Positions 1 through 8,297 of a stretch of 64,000 nt of DNA are shown here, piece by piece (the stretch's first letter is position 1; each line of letters begins with the position of its first letter). The position numbers and the translations under genes are program-made. The notes beneath the pieces were generated by a model, which saw nothing but the letters and a program-made list of their open reading frames with translations, was not told the DNA's origin and did not search any database. This stretch comes from an uncultured Actinomycetes bacterium (GTDB taxonomy: Bacteria > Actinomycetota > UBA4738 > HRBIN12), in the NCBI GenBank assembly GCA_963704725.1, contig OY969934.1, forward strand, positions 2,464,001 to 2,528,000, written 5' to 3'.

Positions 1-401
1 ACCTGAGCGTCGGTGATCACGTTGCGGACGCCGTCGTTGCGGCAGTCACCCGCGGGGAAGTCGAGCCCCGAGGAGACGCCGTCCGAGTCGGACGCCACCC
101 ACACCTCGGCGTTCGTTCCGATCCCCCGGAGCGTGTAGAGCTTGGGGTAGTCCCCCTGCTGCTCGTCGTATCCGAGCCAGACCCGCTCGTCCCCGACCAC
201 CGGTGCGACACGCGCCCCGGCCGCCGCCCGCAGCTCCCGGAGCTGGCGCGGCGTGACGGTCAGCGGGTGTGGCGCCTTCGGGTCGAGCTCGCGGACGTCG
301 GATCCGCTCGATCGGACGTCGGTTCGTGGCGCGGCAGGCGAGATGGCCGGCACGAGAGCGATCGCCAAGGCAGCGGCGATCGCGAGCGCGGCTCTGCGCA
401 T
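1..401 (-). CDS. Secreted protein, 5' part only (runs off the window); possibly a metallopeptidase
   Basis: Not in the ORF track because it has no stop in the window. ATG at 401 with a GAGAGGGG RBS; reads MRRAALAIAAALAIALVPAISPA (signal peptide)...YTLRGIGTNAEVWVASD...FPAGDCRNDG. The peptidase call is resemblance only. Confidence 0.7.
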   Translation of the reverse strand, partial: MRRAALAIAAALAIALVPAISPAAPRTDVRSSGSDVRELDPKAPHPLTVTPRQLRELRAAAGARVAPVVGDERVWLGYDEQQGDYPKLYTLRGIGTNAEVWVASDSDGVSSGLDFPAGDCRNDGVRNVITDAQ

Positions 402-566
402 GCTGTTCCCCCTCTCAGCTGGAGCTGCTCCCGCCCCCGGGGGATTCCCGACCATCCGAGGGCGCGCGTCCGGCCGCCCCTGCGCGAGGACGCGTCGTGT
501 TCGGCCGGAGCGTATCGCGAGCGAAGAACGGGCGCAGAGGGCCGGTCGGCCCGGGACGCGCGGTGA

Positions 567-842
567 TCAGCCGCCGGCGACGGCCGGCAGGATCGAGACC
601 GTGTCGCCCTCGCCGAGGGCGGTCTCTAGCGAGCCGAGATACCGGACGTCCTCGTCGTTGACGTAGACGTTCACGAACCGGTGGAGGCCGCCGTCGGGGG
701 TCACGACGTTCTTCGTGATCCCAGGGAAGCGCTGCTCCAGGTCGGACAGGAGCTCACGGAGCGTGTCCCCCTGCGCGTCGACCAGGGGCTCGCCTCCGGC
801 GTGCTTGCGCAGGATCGTGGGGAGCTTCACGCGGACGGCCAT
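567..842 (-). CDS. Ubiquitin-like sulfur carrier protein (MoaD/ThiS/CysO family)
   Basis: 91 aa, MAVRVKLPTILR...FVNVYVNDEDVRYL...ILPAVAGG with C-terminal Gly-Gly. Confidence 0.93.
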   Translation of the reverse strand: MAVRVKLPTILRKHAGGEPLVDAQGDTLRELLSDLEQRFPGITKNVVTPDGGLHRFVNVYVNDEDVRYLGSLETALGEGDTVSILPAVAGG

Positions 843-859
843 CGCTTCGCCTTCTCCTC

Positions 860-1717
860 TCAGTTCGTGGACACGCCGTGCTCGGCCTCGGGGGGCGCCT
901 GGTCGGGGGCCAGGCCGCAGAACGCGTCGTAGTCGATCAGCTCGGTGATCGTGGGCTCCTTGCCGCAGACCGGGCAGTCCGCGTCCCACCGGACCTTGAC
1001 GGTCTGGAAGTCCATCTGCAGGGCGTCGAAGATCAGCAGCCGGCCGATCAGCGGGTCGCCCTTGCCCGTGATGAGCTTGACCGCCTCGGTGGCCTGGATG
1101 CTCCCGACGATCCCGGGGAGCACCCCGAACACGCCGCCCTCGGCGCAGCTGGGCACCGTTCCGGGCGGCGGCGGCTGGGGGAACAGGCACCGGTAGCAGG
1201 GCGCCTCCTGGCCCGGCATGAACACCGTGGCCTGGCCGTCCCACTGGTAGATCGAGCCGTAGACGAGGGGCTTGCCCAGGAACTGCGTGGCGTCGTTGAC
1301 CAGGTACCGGACCGGGAAGTTGTCGGTCCCGTCGACGATCACGTCCCACGGCTCGAGGATCTCGAACGCGTTCTGCGACGTGAGGATCGTGTCGTAGGGC
1401 ACGACCTCGATCGTGGGGTTGATGGCCCGGAGCCGATCGGCCGCGCTCTGCACCTTGGGACGGCCCACGTCCGCGGTCGAGTGGATGATCTGCCGCTGCA
1501 GGTTCGACTCGTCCACCCGGTCGAAGTCGAGGATGCCCAGCGTTCCCACTCCGGCGGCGGCCAGGTACATGGCCACCGGCGAGCCGAGCCCGCCGGCGCC
1601 GATGCAGAGCACCTTCGCGTCCAGGAGCCGGCGCTGCCCCTCGCCCCCGATGCCGGGCAGGATGATGTGCCGCGCGTAGCGGCGGACCTGCTCCTCGGTG
1701 AAATGCGGGCTCCTCAC
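860..1717 (-). CDS. moeB: MoeB/ThiF-family adenylyltransferase (E1-like), no C-terminal rhodanese domain
   Basis: RYARHIIL, GAGGLG, DFDRVDESNLQRQ, CYRC and CPVC zinc motifs; GTG start overlaps the upstream stop (GTGA). Confidence 0.92.
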   Translation of the reverse strand: MRSPHFTEEQVRRYARHIILPGIGGEGQRRLLDAKVLCIGAGGLGSPVAMYLAAAGVGTLGILDFDRVDESNLQRQIIHSTADVGRPKVQSAADRLRAINPTIEVVPYDTILTSQNAFEILEPWDVIVDGTDNFPVRYLVNDATQFLGKPLVYGSIYQWDGQATVFMPGQEAPCYRCLFPQPPPPGTVPSCAEGGVFGVLPGIVGSIQATEAVKLITGKGDPLIGRLLIFDALQMDFQTVKVRWDADCPVCGKEPTITELIDYDAFCGLAPDQAPPEAEHGVSTN

Positions 1718-2115
1718 GCGATCACCAGCTCCTCTTCGCTCGCTTCGTCGCCGTCCTCGATCCGGAAGGCGCGCAGGACCGGGTGCTTGCGATCGGACAG
1801 CGACATGATCAGGTACCGCGCCTCGGGGTAGAACGCCTGCTTGCGGTCCGTCTCCGAGGGGAACGCCTCGGAGTGCGTGTGCGTGTGGAAGATCGCGACG
1901 AGGTCCCACCCCTCCGCGTCGATCTCGTCGAACACCCTGAGCTGCTCCTTCGGGTCGAGGCGGTAGGTGACGGGGCTCGCGTCGCGGTTGGTCATCGGGA
2001 AGAACTTGACCGGGCGCCCCTCCTTGCCGGCCAGCAGCCCGCACGCCTCGTTGGGGAACCCGGCCAGGCCGTGCTCCACCATCTCGTCGAAGAAGCCGCG
2101 GTCGATCTCGAGCAT
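1714..2115 (-). CDS. JAB/MPN+ (M67) metallopeptidase, Mec/CysO-cysteine peptidase-like
   Basis: PNEACGLL and HTHTHSEAFPSETD JAMM motif. Confidence 0.9.
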   Translation of the reverse strand: MLEIDRGFFDEMVEHGLAGFPNEACGLLAGKEGRPVKFFPMTNRDASPVTYRLDPKEQLRVFDEIDAEGWDLVAIFHTHTHSEAFPSETDRKQAFYPEARYLIMSLSDRKHPVLRAFRIEDGDEASEEELVIA

Positions 2116-2152
2116 TGCAGTTGCAAGAACTCTATCAGCGGGGTGCTATTCC
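2115..2152 (-). promoter_or_regulatory. SigH/SigR-like promoter (GGAAT-N17-GTT) plus TTGCA-N2-TGCAA palindrome upstream of the Mec-like gene
   Basis: Minus strand GGAAT (2152-2148), GTT (2130-2128), palindrome TTGCAGTTGCAA at 2115-2126; the same arrangement occurs upstream of lon. Confidence 0.6.
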
Positions 2153-3195
2153 CCGACCCGGCCGGTGATCCGCAGCCGCCCCGGGGGGCCGGCCTCCACG
2201 GCGCCGATCTCGGCCGCGGGCACCTGCCGAGCGGCGAGCTCGGCGGCGAGCCGGTCGCCATCTTCCGCGGCGATCAGCAGGCCTCCCGAGGTCTGAGCGT
2301 CGGCCAGGACGAGCTGCTCGGGGCCCGTCAGGTCGCCCCAGTCGGTCTGCGGAGCCACGAACGCGTGGTTGCGCTTGGTCCCCCCCGGCACCACGTCCGA
2401 GCGGGCGAGGCCGAGCGCGCCGTCCAACACGGGGACGGCTCCGGCGTCGACCCGCGCCGCGACCCCGGACGCGACCAGCATCCGCTGCAGGTGTCCGAGC
2501 AGCCCGAACCCCGTCACGTCGGTCGCCGCCTCGGCCCCGGCGTCCCGCATGGCGAGCGATGCGTCCTCGTTCAGGGTGGTCATGAGGTCCACGGCGGCCG
2601 CCACCAGTCCCGGCTCGGCGACGCCGCGCTTCACGGCGGTCGAGACGATCCCCAGGCCGAGCGGCTTCGTCAGGAACAGGCGGGCCCCCACCGGGGCGGT
2701 CGAGTTCCGGACGATCCGCTCCGGCTCGGCCAGGCCGAGCGCCACCATCCCGAACTTCGGCTCGGGGTCGGTGATCGAATGCCCGCCGAGCACCGCCGCC
2801 CCCGCCTTCGTGGCGACGTCGATCCCGCCCTGGAGCACGCGGCCGAGCATCTCGAGCGGCAGGTCGTCGACCGGCCAGCTCACGACGTTGAGGGCCAGGA
2901 ACGGACGCCCTCCCATGGCGTAGACGTCGGAGAGCGCGTTCGTGGCGGCGATCCTCCCCCAGTCGTACGGGTCGTCGACGATCGGGGTGAAGAAGTCGAG
3001 CGTGGCGATGAGGGCTTCGCCCCCCGGCAGCCGCACCACGGCGGCGTCGTCCCCGGTGTCGGCAGCCACCAGGACCTCGTCCCCCAGCTCGGGCAGCGAG
3101 AGCGTCCCGAGCAGGGTGGCCAGGTCGGCCGGTCCGAGCTTGCACCCGCATCCGGCGCCGTGGCTGAAGCTCGTCAGGCGACGCTCCTGCAGCAC
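2146..3195 (-). CDS. selD: Selenide, water dikinase (selenophosphate synthetase), Cys form
   Basis: HGAGCGCK (TGC codon, not TGA), DDAAV, TLDFFTPIVDDPYDWG, DVTGFGLLGH, DAQTSGGLL. Confidence 0.95.
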   Translation of the reverse strand: MLQERRLTSFSHGAGCGCKLGPADLATLLGTLSLPELGDEVLVAADTGDDAAVVRLPGGEALIATLDFFTPIVDDPYDWGRIAATNALSDVYAMGGRPFLALNVVSWPVDDLPLEMLGRVLQGGIDVATKAGAAVLGGHSITDPEPKFGMVALGLAEPERIVRNSTAPVGARLFLTKPLGLGIVSTAVKRGVAEPGLVAAAVDLMTTLNEDASLAMRDAGAEAATDVTGFGLLGHLQRMLVASGVAARVDAGAVPVLDGALGLARSDVVPGGTKRNHAFVAPQTDWGDLTGPEQLVLADAQTSGGLLIAAEDGDRLAAELAARQVPAAEIGAVEAGPPGRLRITGRVGE

Positions 3196-3218
3196 AAGGG
3201 TCAGGATACGGTGGGGCC

Positions 3219-4049
3219 ATGCGAACGGCGGTCGTTGGACACACCGAGTGGATCGAGTTCGGACACGTCGACCACGTCCCGCGGCCGGGCGACATCGTGC
3301 ACGCCACGGACGGATGGGAGGAGCCGGGCGGGGGCGGGGCGGTCTCGGCGGCGCAGCTCGCCAGGCTCGCCGGCTCGTGCACCTTCTTCACCGCCCTCGG
3401 CGACGACGACCGGGCCCTGTGGACCCAGCGCGACCTCTCCGGGCTGGGGGTCCGGGTCCGGGCCATGGTCCGCGCCGAGCCGTGCCGCCGCGCCATCGTG
3501 TTCGTGGACCCGAACGGCGAGCGGACGATCACCACGGTCGGTCGCCGGTTGGAGCCCGCGGCCAGGGACCGGCTCCCCTGGGAGGAGATGGCCGAGACCG
3601 ACGCCGTCTACTTCACCGCCGGCGACGTCGAGGCGCTCCGCGAGGCCCGCAAGGCCCGCATCCTCGTGGCCACGAGCCGGGCCATGGTCCGCCTGGCCGA
3701 GGCCGACGTGCCGCTCGACGCGGTCGTGGGCAGCGGCCGCGACCCGGCCGAGCGGTACGTGGAGGGCGCGCTCTCGAACCCTCCCCGGCTGGTCGTGCAG
3801 ACCAACAGCGTCCACGGCGGCCGTTTCGAGACCGCCGACGGCTTCTCGGGCACGTACGAGGCGGTGCCGCCGCCCGGGGACGTCGTCGACACGTACGGCG
3901 CGGGCGACTGCTTCGCCGCCGGCCTGACGTTCGCGCTCGGAGCGGGGATGGCCGCCCGGGACGCGCTCGCGCTCGCCGCCCGGTGCGGGGCGTGGAACGT
4001 CGCGGGGCGCGGCCCCTTCGACCACCAGCTCACCGCAGCCGAGCTCTGA
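3219..4049 (+). CDS. PfkB-family carbohydrate kinase
   Basis: PGGGGA N-terminal motif and VVDTYGAGDCF signature. Confidence 0.88.
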   Translation: MRTAVVGHTEWIEFGHVDHVPRPGDIVHATDGWEEPGGGGAVSAAQLARLAGSCTFFTALGDDDRALWTQRDLSGLGVRVRAMVRAEPCRRAIVFVDPNGERTITTVGRRLEPAARDRLPWEEMAETDAVYFTAGDVEALREARKARILVATSRAMVRLAEADVPLDAVVGSGRDPAERYVEGALSNPPRLVVQTNSVHGGRFETADGFSGTYEAVPPPGDVVDTYGAGDCFAAGLTFALGAGMAARDALALAARCGAWNVAGRGPFDHQLTAAEL

Positions 4050-4054
4050 GTCGC

Positions 4055-5551
4055 TCAGGCGGTCGTCGAGACCTCCATCCGGTGGTGCTCGCGCACGTCC
4101 GCCGACTCGGCCATCGACGTCGGGCCGAGCACCCGGTCGCCGTCGCGGAGCTCCTCGCGGATCCGCGCGAGCTCGCGCCGCGTGAAGTCGCATCGCGGGG
4201 GGACGGGCGGGATGCGGTACAGGCGGACGGCGTTGAGACCGAGGATCTTCGCCTTCAGCTCCTTCGAGAGCGCCGGATACCCGTAGCGCTCCTGGAACTG
4301 CTCGGAGATGCCGAAGGCCCGGAGCGCCTGGATCTGCGGCTGCGGCGAGCCGTAGAACAGGCAATCGGTCCCCCACAGCACGTTGTCCTCGCCCACGTGC
4401 TTCAGCAGCTTCCCCAGGACGTGCGCGGCCTGGACGGGCGTGCGCATGAGGTTCCACCACGTCGAGCCGAGCTCCGCGTACACGTTCTCGTTGGGCCCGA
4501 TGCCGGCTCGCCCCATCGAGGAGATCAGCCGGTTGACGCCCACGTCCGCCGTCGCCGCCGTGTACGGCCCCTCGAAGCCGCCCGACTCGTAGCCCGAGTG
4601 GTACACGACGAAGTTCGCGTCGCGGTGGCGGCGCGCGGCCGGCCCCACGTCGACGGGCGAGGCGAAGCGGCTTCCCCCGCTGAACCCCTTGTGCACGCAG
4701 ATCGTGTCGATCCCGAGGTCGAGGCTGCCCCGGATGAACGGCTCGCCCACCGCGGGGAGCCCGGCCTCGTGGTCGTCGAGCCACCACGCGCCGCCGCCCG
4801 GATCGAAGAAGTCCGGGAAGTGGGTGAACGTCTTCCACGCCACGATCGGGTACCGGTGGGCGCTGTCCTGCATCCCCCGGAGCACCGAGTCCAGCGAGCC
4901 GAGGTTGGGCATCACCTGCCCGTGGAGCAGGATGCGCTCGTCCCGACACAGGCCCTCCACGACGCGTCGCGTCTCGAACATGATCTCGGGGGACAGCGGC
5001 GACCCCTCCGGGTAGATCGGCAGCGCCGAGAGCACCACGACGTTCGTGTCGCTGCGGATGAAGAACGACTCGAGGAAGTGCTCGATCGAGAAGCACACGC
5101 GCGGGTCGTCCTCGCCGCAGTACTGCTGCGGGAAGCTGGCGTAGAAGCCCTGGCCGTGCAGGACCGGGTTGAGGTCGTACTCGAGCAGGTGTCCCTGGAT
5201 GTCCATGACGAGCTCGTCGCCGCCGACGGCCTCCTCGGCGGCCTCGGGCTCGGTGGCCGCCTCCGGTGGGATCTCGTACCGGCCGCCCGGCTCCGAAGTC
5301 GGGCTCGCCGACCGGAGCGCCCGGTGGGCCTCCCGCGTGCACGCGTCCAGCGACAGGAGCGTGATCGAGGCGGCGCAGAGCGTTCGCAGGAACCGCCGCC
5401 TCGGCATGGCCAGGCGGTCCGCCGTGCCCAGGCACTCCTCGCGGGCGCGCCGAACCGCCTCGCGGGCCACCGCGGCGAGCGGGAGCGGGTCGTACTCGCC
5501 GTTCGAGACCGGGCGGAGGTCGATCGGCAGCCGGAGGTCGTCGTCGCTCAC
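4055..5551 (-). CDS. Amidohydrolase-family protein with a twin-arginine-like segment
   Basis: SNGEY, RRRFLR+hydrophobic stretch, DIQGH, VHKG, YHSG, WGTD motifs; GTG start at 5551 is inferred. Confidence 0.8.
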   Translation of the reverse strand: MSDDDLRLPIDLRPVSNGEYDPLPLAAVAREAVRRAREECLGTADRLAMPRRRFLRTLCAASITLLSLDACTREAHRALRSASPTSEPGGRYEIPPEAATEPEAAEEAVGGDELVMDIQGHLLEYDLNPVLHGQGFYASFPQQYCGEDDPRVCFSIEHFLESFFIRSDTNVVVLSALPIYPEGSPLSPEIMFETRRVVEGLCRDERILLHGQVMPNLGSLDSVLRGMQDSAHRYPIVAWKTFTHFPDFFDPGGGAWWLDDHEAGLPAVGEPFIRGSLDLGIDTICVHKGFSGGSRFASPVDVGPAARRHRDANFVVYHSGYESGGFEGPYTAATADVGVNRLISSMGRAGIGPNENVYAELGSTWWNLMRTPVQAAHVLGKLLKHVGEDNVLWGTDCLFYGSPQPQIQALRAFGISEQFQERYGYPALSKELKAKILGLNAVRLYRIPPVPPRCDFTRRELARIREELRDGDRVLGPTSMAESADVREHHRMEVSTTA

Positions 5552-5614
5552 GGGATCGGAGGGAAGGACCGGCGCCGGGCCCTCTCGGTTCCCGTCGGCG
5601 TACGCTCCGCCCGG

Positions 5615-7444
5615 ATGGACGTCGCGACGTTCCTGGCGCAGCATCCGCCGTTCGACACGCTCGACGCCGAGCGATTGGCGCGGGTGGTCTCGGCCGTCGA
5701 GATCGAGCACTTCGCGCCGGGGACGGTGATCCTGCAGCAGGCGGGAGCCCCCGCCACCCACCTGTACGTCCTACGCAAGGGTGCCGTCGAGATCGTGGAC
5801 GACGGCCGGGTGATCGACCAGGTCGGCGAGGGCGAGGTCTTCGGGATGTGGTCGCTCCTCGGCCACGTGGCGCCGGCCGCCACCGTCCGGGCCACGGAGG
5901 ACACCCTGTGCTACCTCGTCGCCGCCGAGGTGGCGAGCGAGGTGCTCGAGAGCGGGGCGGGAGTGGCGTTCGTGGCCCGGCGGGTCGGGCGCCGGATCTC
6001 GGCCGCCGAGCGGGCGCGTGCGGCCGAGGTCGACCCGGGTCGCTACCGGGCCGTCGCCGACCTCGTGCGCCGCCCCCCAGTGACCTGCGAGCCCGACCTC
6101 CCCGTGGCGGAGGCGGCCGAGCTGATGGCCCGGGAGCGCGTCTCGAGCCTCCTGATCCCCTCGCCCGGCGGGGAGACCGGGATCATCACCGACCGCGACC
6201 TCCGCTCCCGCGTCGTGGCGGCCAGGCGGAGCGGCGACACACCGGTGCGCGAGGTCATGACCCCGCGTGCCGAGACCGTGCCCGCCGATGCCATGGCCGG
6301 CGAGGTCCTCCTTCGGATGCTGGAGCGCGGGTTCCACCACCTCCCCGTGACCGGCCCGGACGGGAGGGTGATGGGCATCGTGACCGACACCGATCTCATG
6401 GGCATCGGCCGCGACACGCCCTTCGCGCTGAAGAGCGCGATCGAGCGCGCGACCGATCCCGGGGCGGTCGCCACCGCGCTGCGGGGGCTTCCCGGAGTGG
6501 TGGCTGCCCTCGTCGACTCGACCACCGACCCCGTCGACGTGGGCCACGTTGTCGGGTTCTCGATCGACGCTGCGACGCGCCGCCTGCTCGAGCTCGGGGC
6601 GGCCGAGCTGGGGGAGGCGCCGGCGGCGTGGGCGTGGCTGGCGCTCGGCAGCGCCGCCCGGCAGGAGCAGGCCATCCGGACCGACCAGGACCACGCCCTC
6701 GCGTTCGAGGGCCCGGCGGCCGCGGCGCCGTACCTGGCGAAGCTGGCCGAGATCGTCACGGCCGGCCTCGAGGCCGGCGGCATCGCCCGGTGCAAGGCGG
6801 ACGTCATGGCGACGAACCCGGCGCTGCGGCTTCCCCTCGAGGCCTGGGTCCACCGGTTCGAGGCCTGGATGCGCGAGGACGGACCCATGGGCAGCGAGCA
6901 GCTCTCGATCGTCTTCGACTTCCGCCAGGTGACCGGTGCGCTCGAGGCCGAGCCCGCGCTGGACGAGGCGATGCGCCGGGCGGTCGAGCGGCCCGCGTTC
7001 CTGCGCCACCTCACCCGGCGAGCCCTCGACGATCGGCCACCCACCGGCTTCGTCCGCGACCTCGTCGTGGAGCCGCGGGGCGAGCACGCCGGGACCGTCG
7101 ACGTGAAGCGCCGGGGCATCACGATCGTGTCCAACCTCGCCCGGGCTCACGCGATCGGCCACGGCGTCGTAGCCAAGCGCACGATCGCCCGACTCCGTGG
7201 CGCCGAGGCCGCCGGCGCCGTCGACGCCGAGACGCGCCAGGGCCTCGAGGAGGCGTTCCGCTTCCTGTGGGAGGTGCGCCTGCGCCACCACGTCGAGCGG
7301 TACCGGGCCGGCCTCGAGCTCGACGACTTCGTCGACCCCCATGAGCTGGGATCGGTTGCGCGGCAGGGGTTGAAGGAGGCGTTCCGGATCGTGGCGCGGG
7401 CCCAGAAGCAGCTCGCGCTGGAGCGCGGCCTGCCGCTGCGTTAG
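5615..7444 (+). CDS. cNMP-binding / CBS-pair / DUF294 nucleotidyltransferase-like protein
   Basis: FLAQHPPF cNMP domain, GIITDRDLR CBS pair, LGSAARQEQ..TDQDHAL DUF294 motif. Confidence 0.88.
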   Translation: MDVATFLAQHPPFDTLDAERLARVVSAVEIEHFAPGTVILQQAGAPATHLYVLRKGAVEIVDDGRVIDQVGEGEVFGMWSLLGHVAPAATVRATEDTLCYLVAAEVASEVLESGAGVAFVARRVGRRISAAERARAAEVDPGRYRAVADLVRRPPVTCEPDLPVAEAAELMARERVSSLLIPSPGGETGIITDRDLRSRVVAARRSGDTPVREVMTPRAETVPADAMAGEVLLRMLERGFHHLPVTGPDGRVMGIVTDTDLMGIGRDTPFALKSAIERATDPGAVATALRGLPGVVAALVDSTTDPVDVGHVVGFSIDAATRRLLELGAAELGEAPAAWAWLALGSAARQEQAIRTDQDHALAFEGPAAAAPYLAKLAEIVTAGLEAGGIARCKADVMATNPALRLPLEAWVHRFEAWMREDGPMGSEQLSIVFDFRQVTGALEAEPALDEAMRRAVERPAFLRHLTRRALDDRPPTGFVRDLVVEPRGEHAGTVDVKRRGITIVSNLARAHAIGHGVVAKRTIARLRGAEAAGAVDAETRQGLEEAFRFLWEVRLRHHVERYRAGLELDDFVDPHELGSVARQGLKEAFRIVARAQKQLALERGLPLR

Positions 7445-8244
7445 CCCTCGGGCTCCCCGGCCTCGGCCCCGGCCAGGGCCGATCCCATGGCGTGGTAGCC
7501 GCCGTCGACGTGCACCAGCTCGCCGGTGATCCCGCGCGCGAGGTCGGACAGGAGGAACGCGATCGCGTCGCCGACGGGTGAGGCGTCGGTGGGATCCCAT
7601 CCGAGCGGCGCGCGGCCGCTCCATCCGTCGGCGAGCTCCTGGAAGCCCGGGATGCCCTTGCCGGCGATCGTCCGAAGCGGCCCCGCCGAGACCGTGTTCA
7701 CGCGGATCCGGTGCGGCCCGAGGTCACGAGCCAGGTACCTCGTGATGGACTCGAGCGACGCCTTCGCCACGCCCATCCAGTCGTAGACCGGCCAGGCCAC
7801 CCGGGCGTCGAAGCCGAGCGCCACGATGGCGCCGCCGGACTCCCGCATGAGCGGGAGCATCCCGGTGGCGATCGCCTTGAGCGAGTAGGCGCTGGTCTGG
7901 ATCGCCGTCGCCACGCTCTCCCAGGGCGTCTGGAGGAAGTTGCCGCCCAGCGCGTCCTGCGGAGCGAACGCGATCGCGTGCAGGAAGCCGTCGATGCGGC
8001 CCCACCGGGAGGACAGCGCGTCCGCGACGGCCTGGATCTGCGCCGGCTCGTTGGCGTCCATCTCCAGGACGTCGGTCGGAGCCGGCAGTCGCCTCGACAC
8101 CCTCTCGGTGAGGCTCATCGCCCGGCCGAACGACGTGAGGATGATCTCGGCGCCCTGCTCCTGCACCGCCTGGGCGGCCGCGTACGCGATCGACTCCCGC
8201 GTGAGGACGCCCGTGACCAGCAGCCTCTTGCCCTCGAGCAACAT
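7441..8244 (-). CDS. fabI: Enoyl-ACP reductase (FabI/InhA)
   Basis: LLEGKRLLVTG, AWPVYDWMGVAK, GELVHVDGG. Confidence 0.93.
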   Translation of the reverse strand: MLLEGKRLLVTGVLTRESIAYAAAQAVQEQGAEIILTSFGRAMSLTERVSRRLPAPTDVLEMDANEPAQIQAVADALSSRWGRIDGFLHAIAFAPQDALGGNFLQTPWESVATAIQTSAYSLKAIATGMLPLMRESGGAIVALGFDARVAWPVYDWMGVAKASLESITRYLARDLGPHRIRVNTVSAGPLRTIAGKGIPGFQELADGWSGRAPLGWDPTDASPVGDAIAFLLSDLARGITGELVHVDGGYHAMGSALAGAEAGEPEG

Positions 8245-8297
8245 CCCACTCCCTCTCGCGACAGGACGATCCCGGGCATGCTATCCGTATCGGGGAC

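Noticed and set aside
402-569. The TGA after the carrier's Gly-Gly is followed by a hairpin (GGGCC-GACC-GGCCC) and is in frame with the next ATG, suggesting Sec readthrough
   Set aside because: TGA is the commonest stop here, the carrier needs a free Gly-Gly end, the downstream gene has its own RBS and signal peptide, and the hairpin fits a terminator equally well
2942-7444. 1500-aa ORF and other long Arg/Pro/Gly-rich ORFs in the track (e.g. 20188-23397, 24452-27367, 61192-63894)
   Set aside because: Artefactual upstream extensions or shadow frames in GC-rich DNA; the real genes start later
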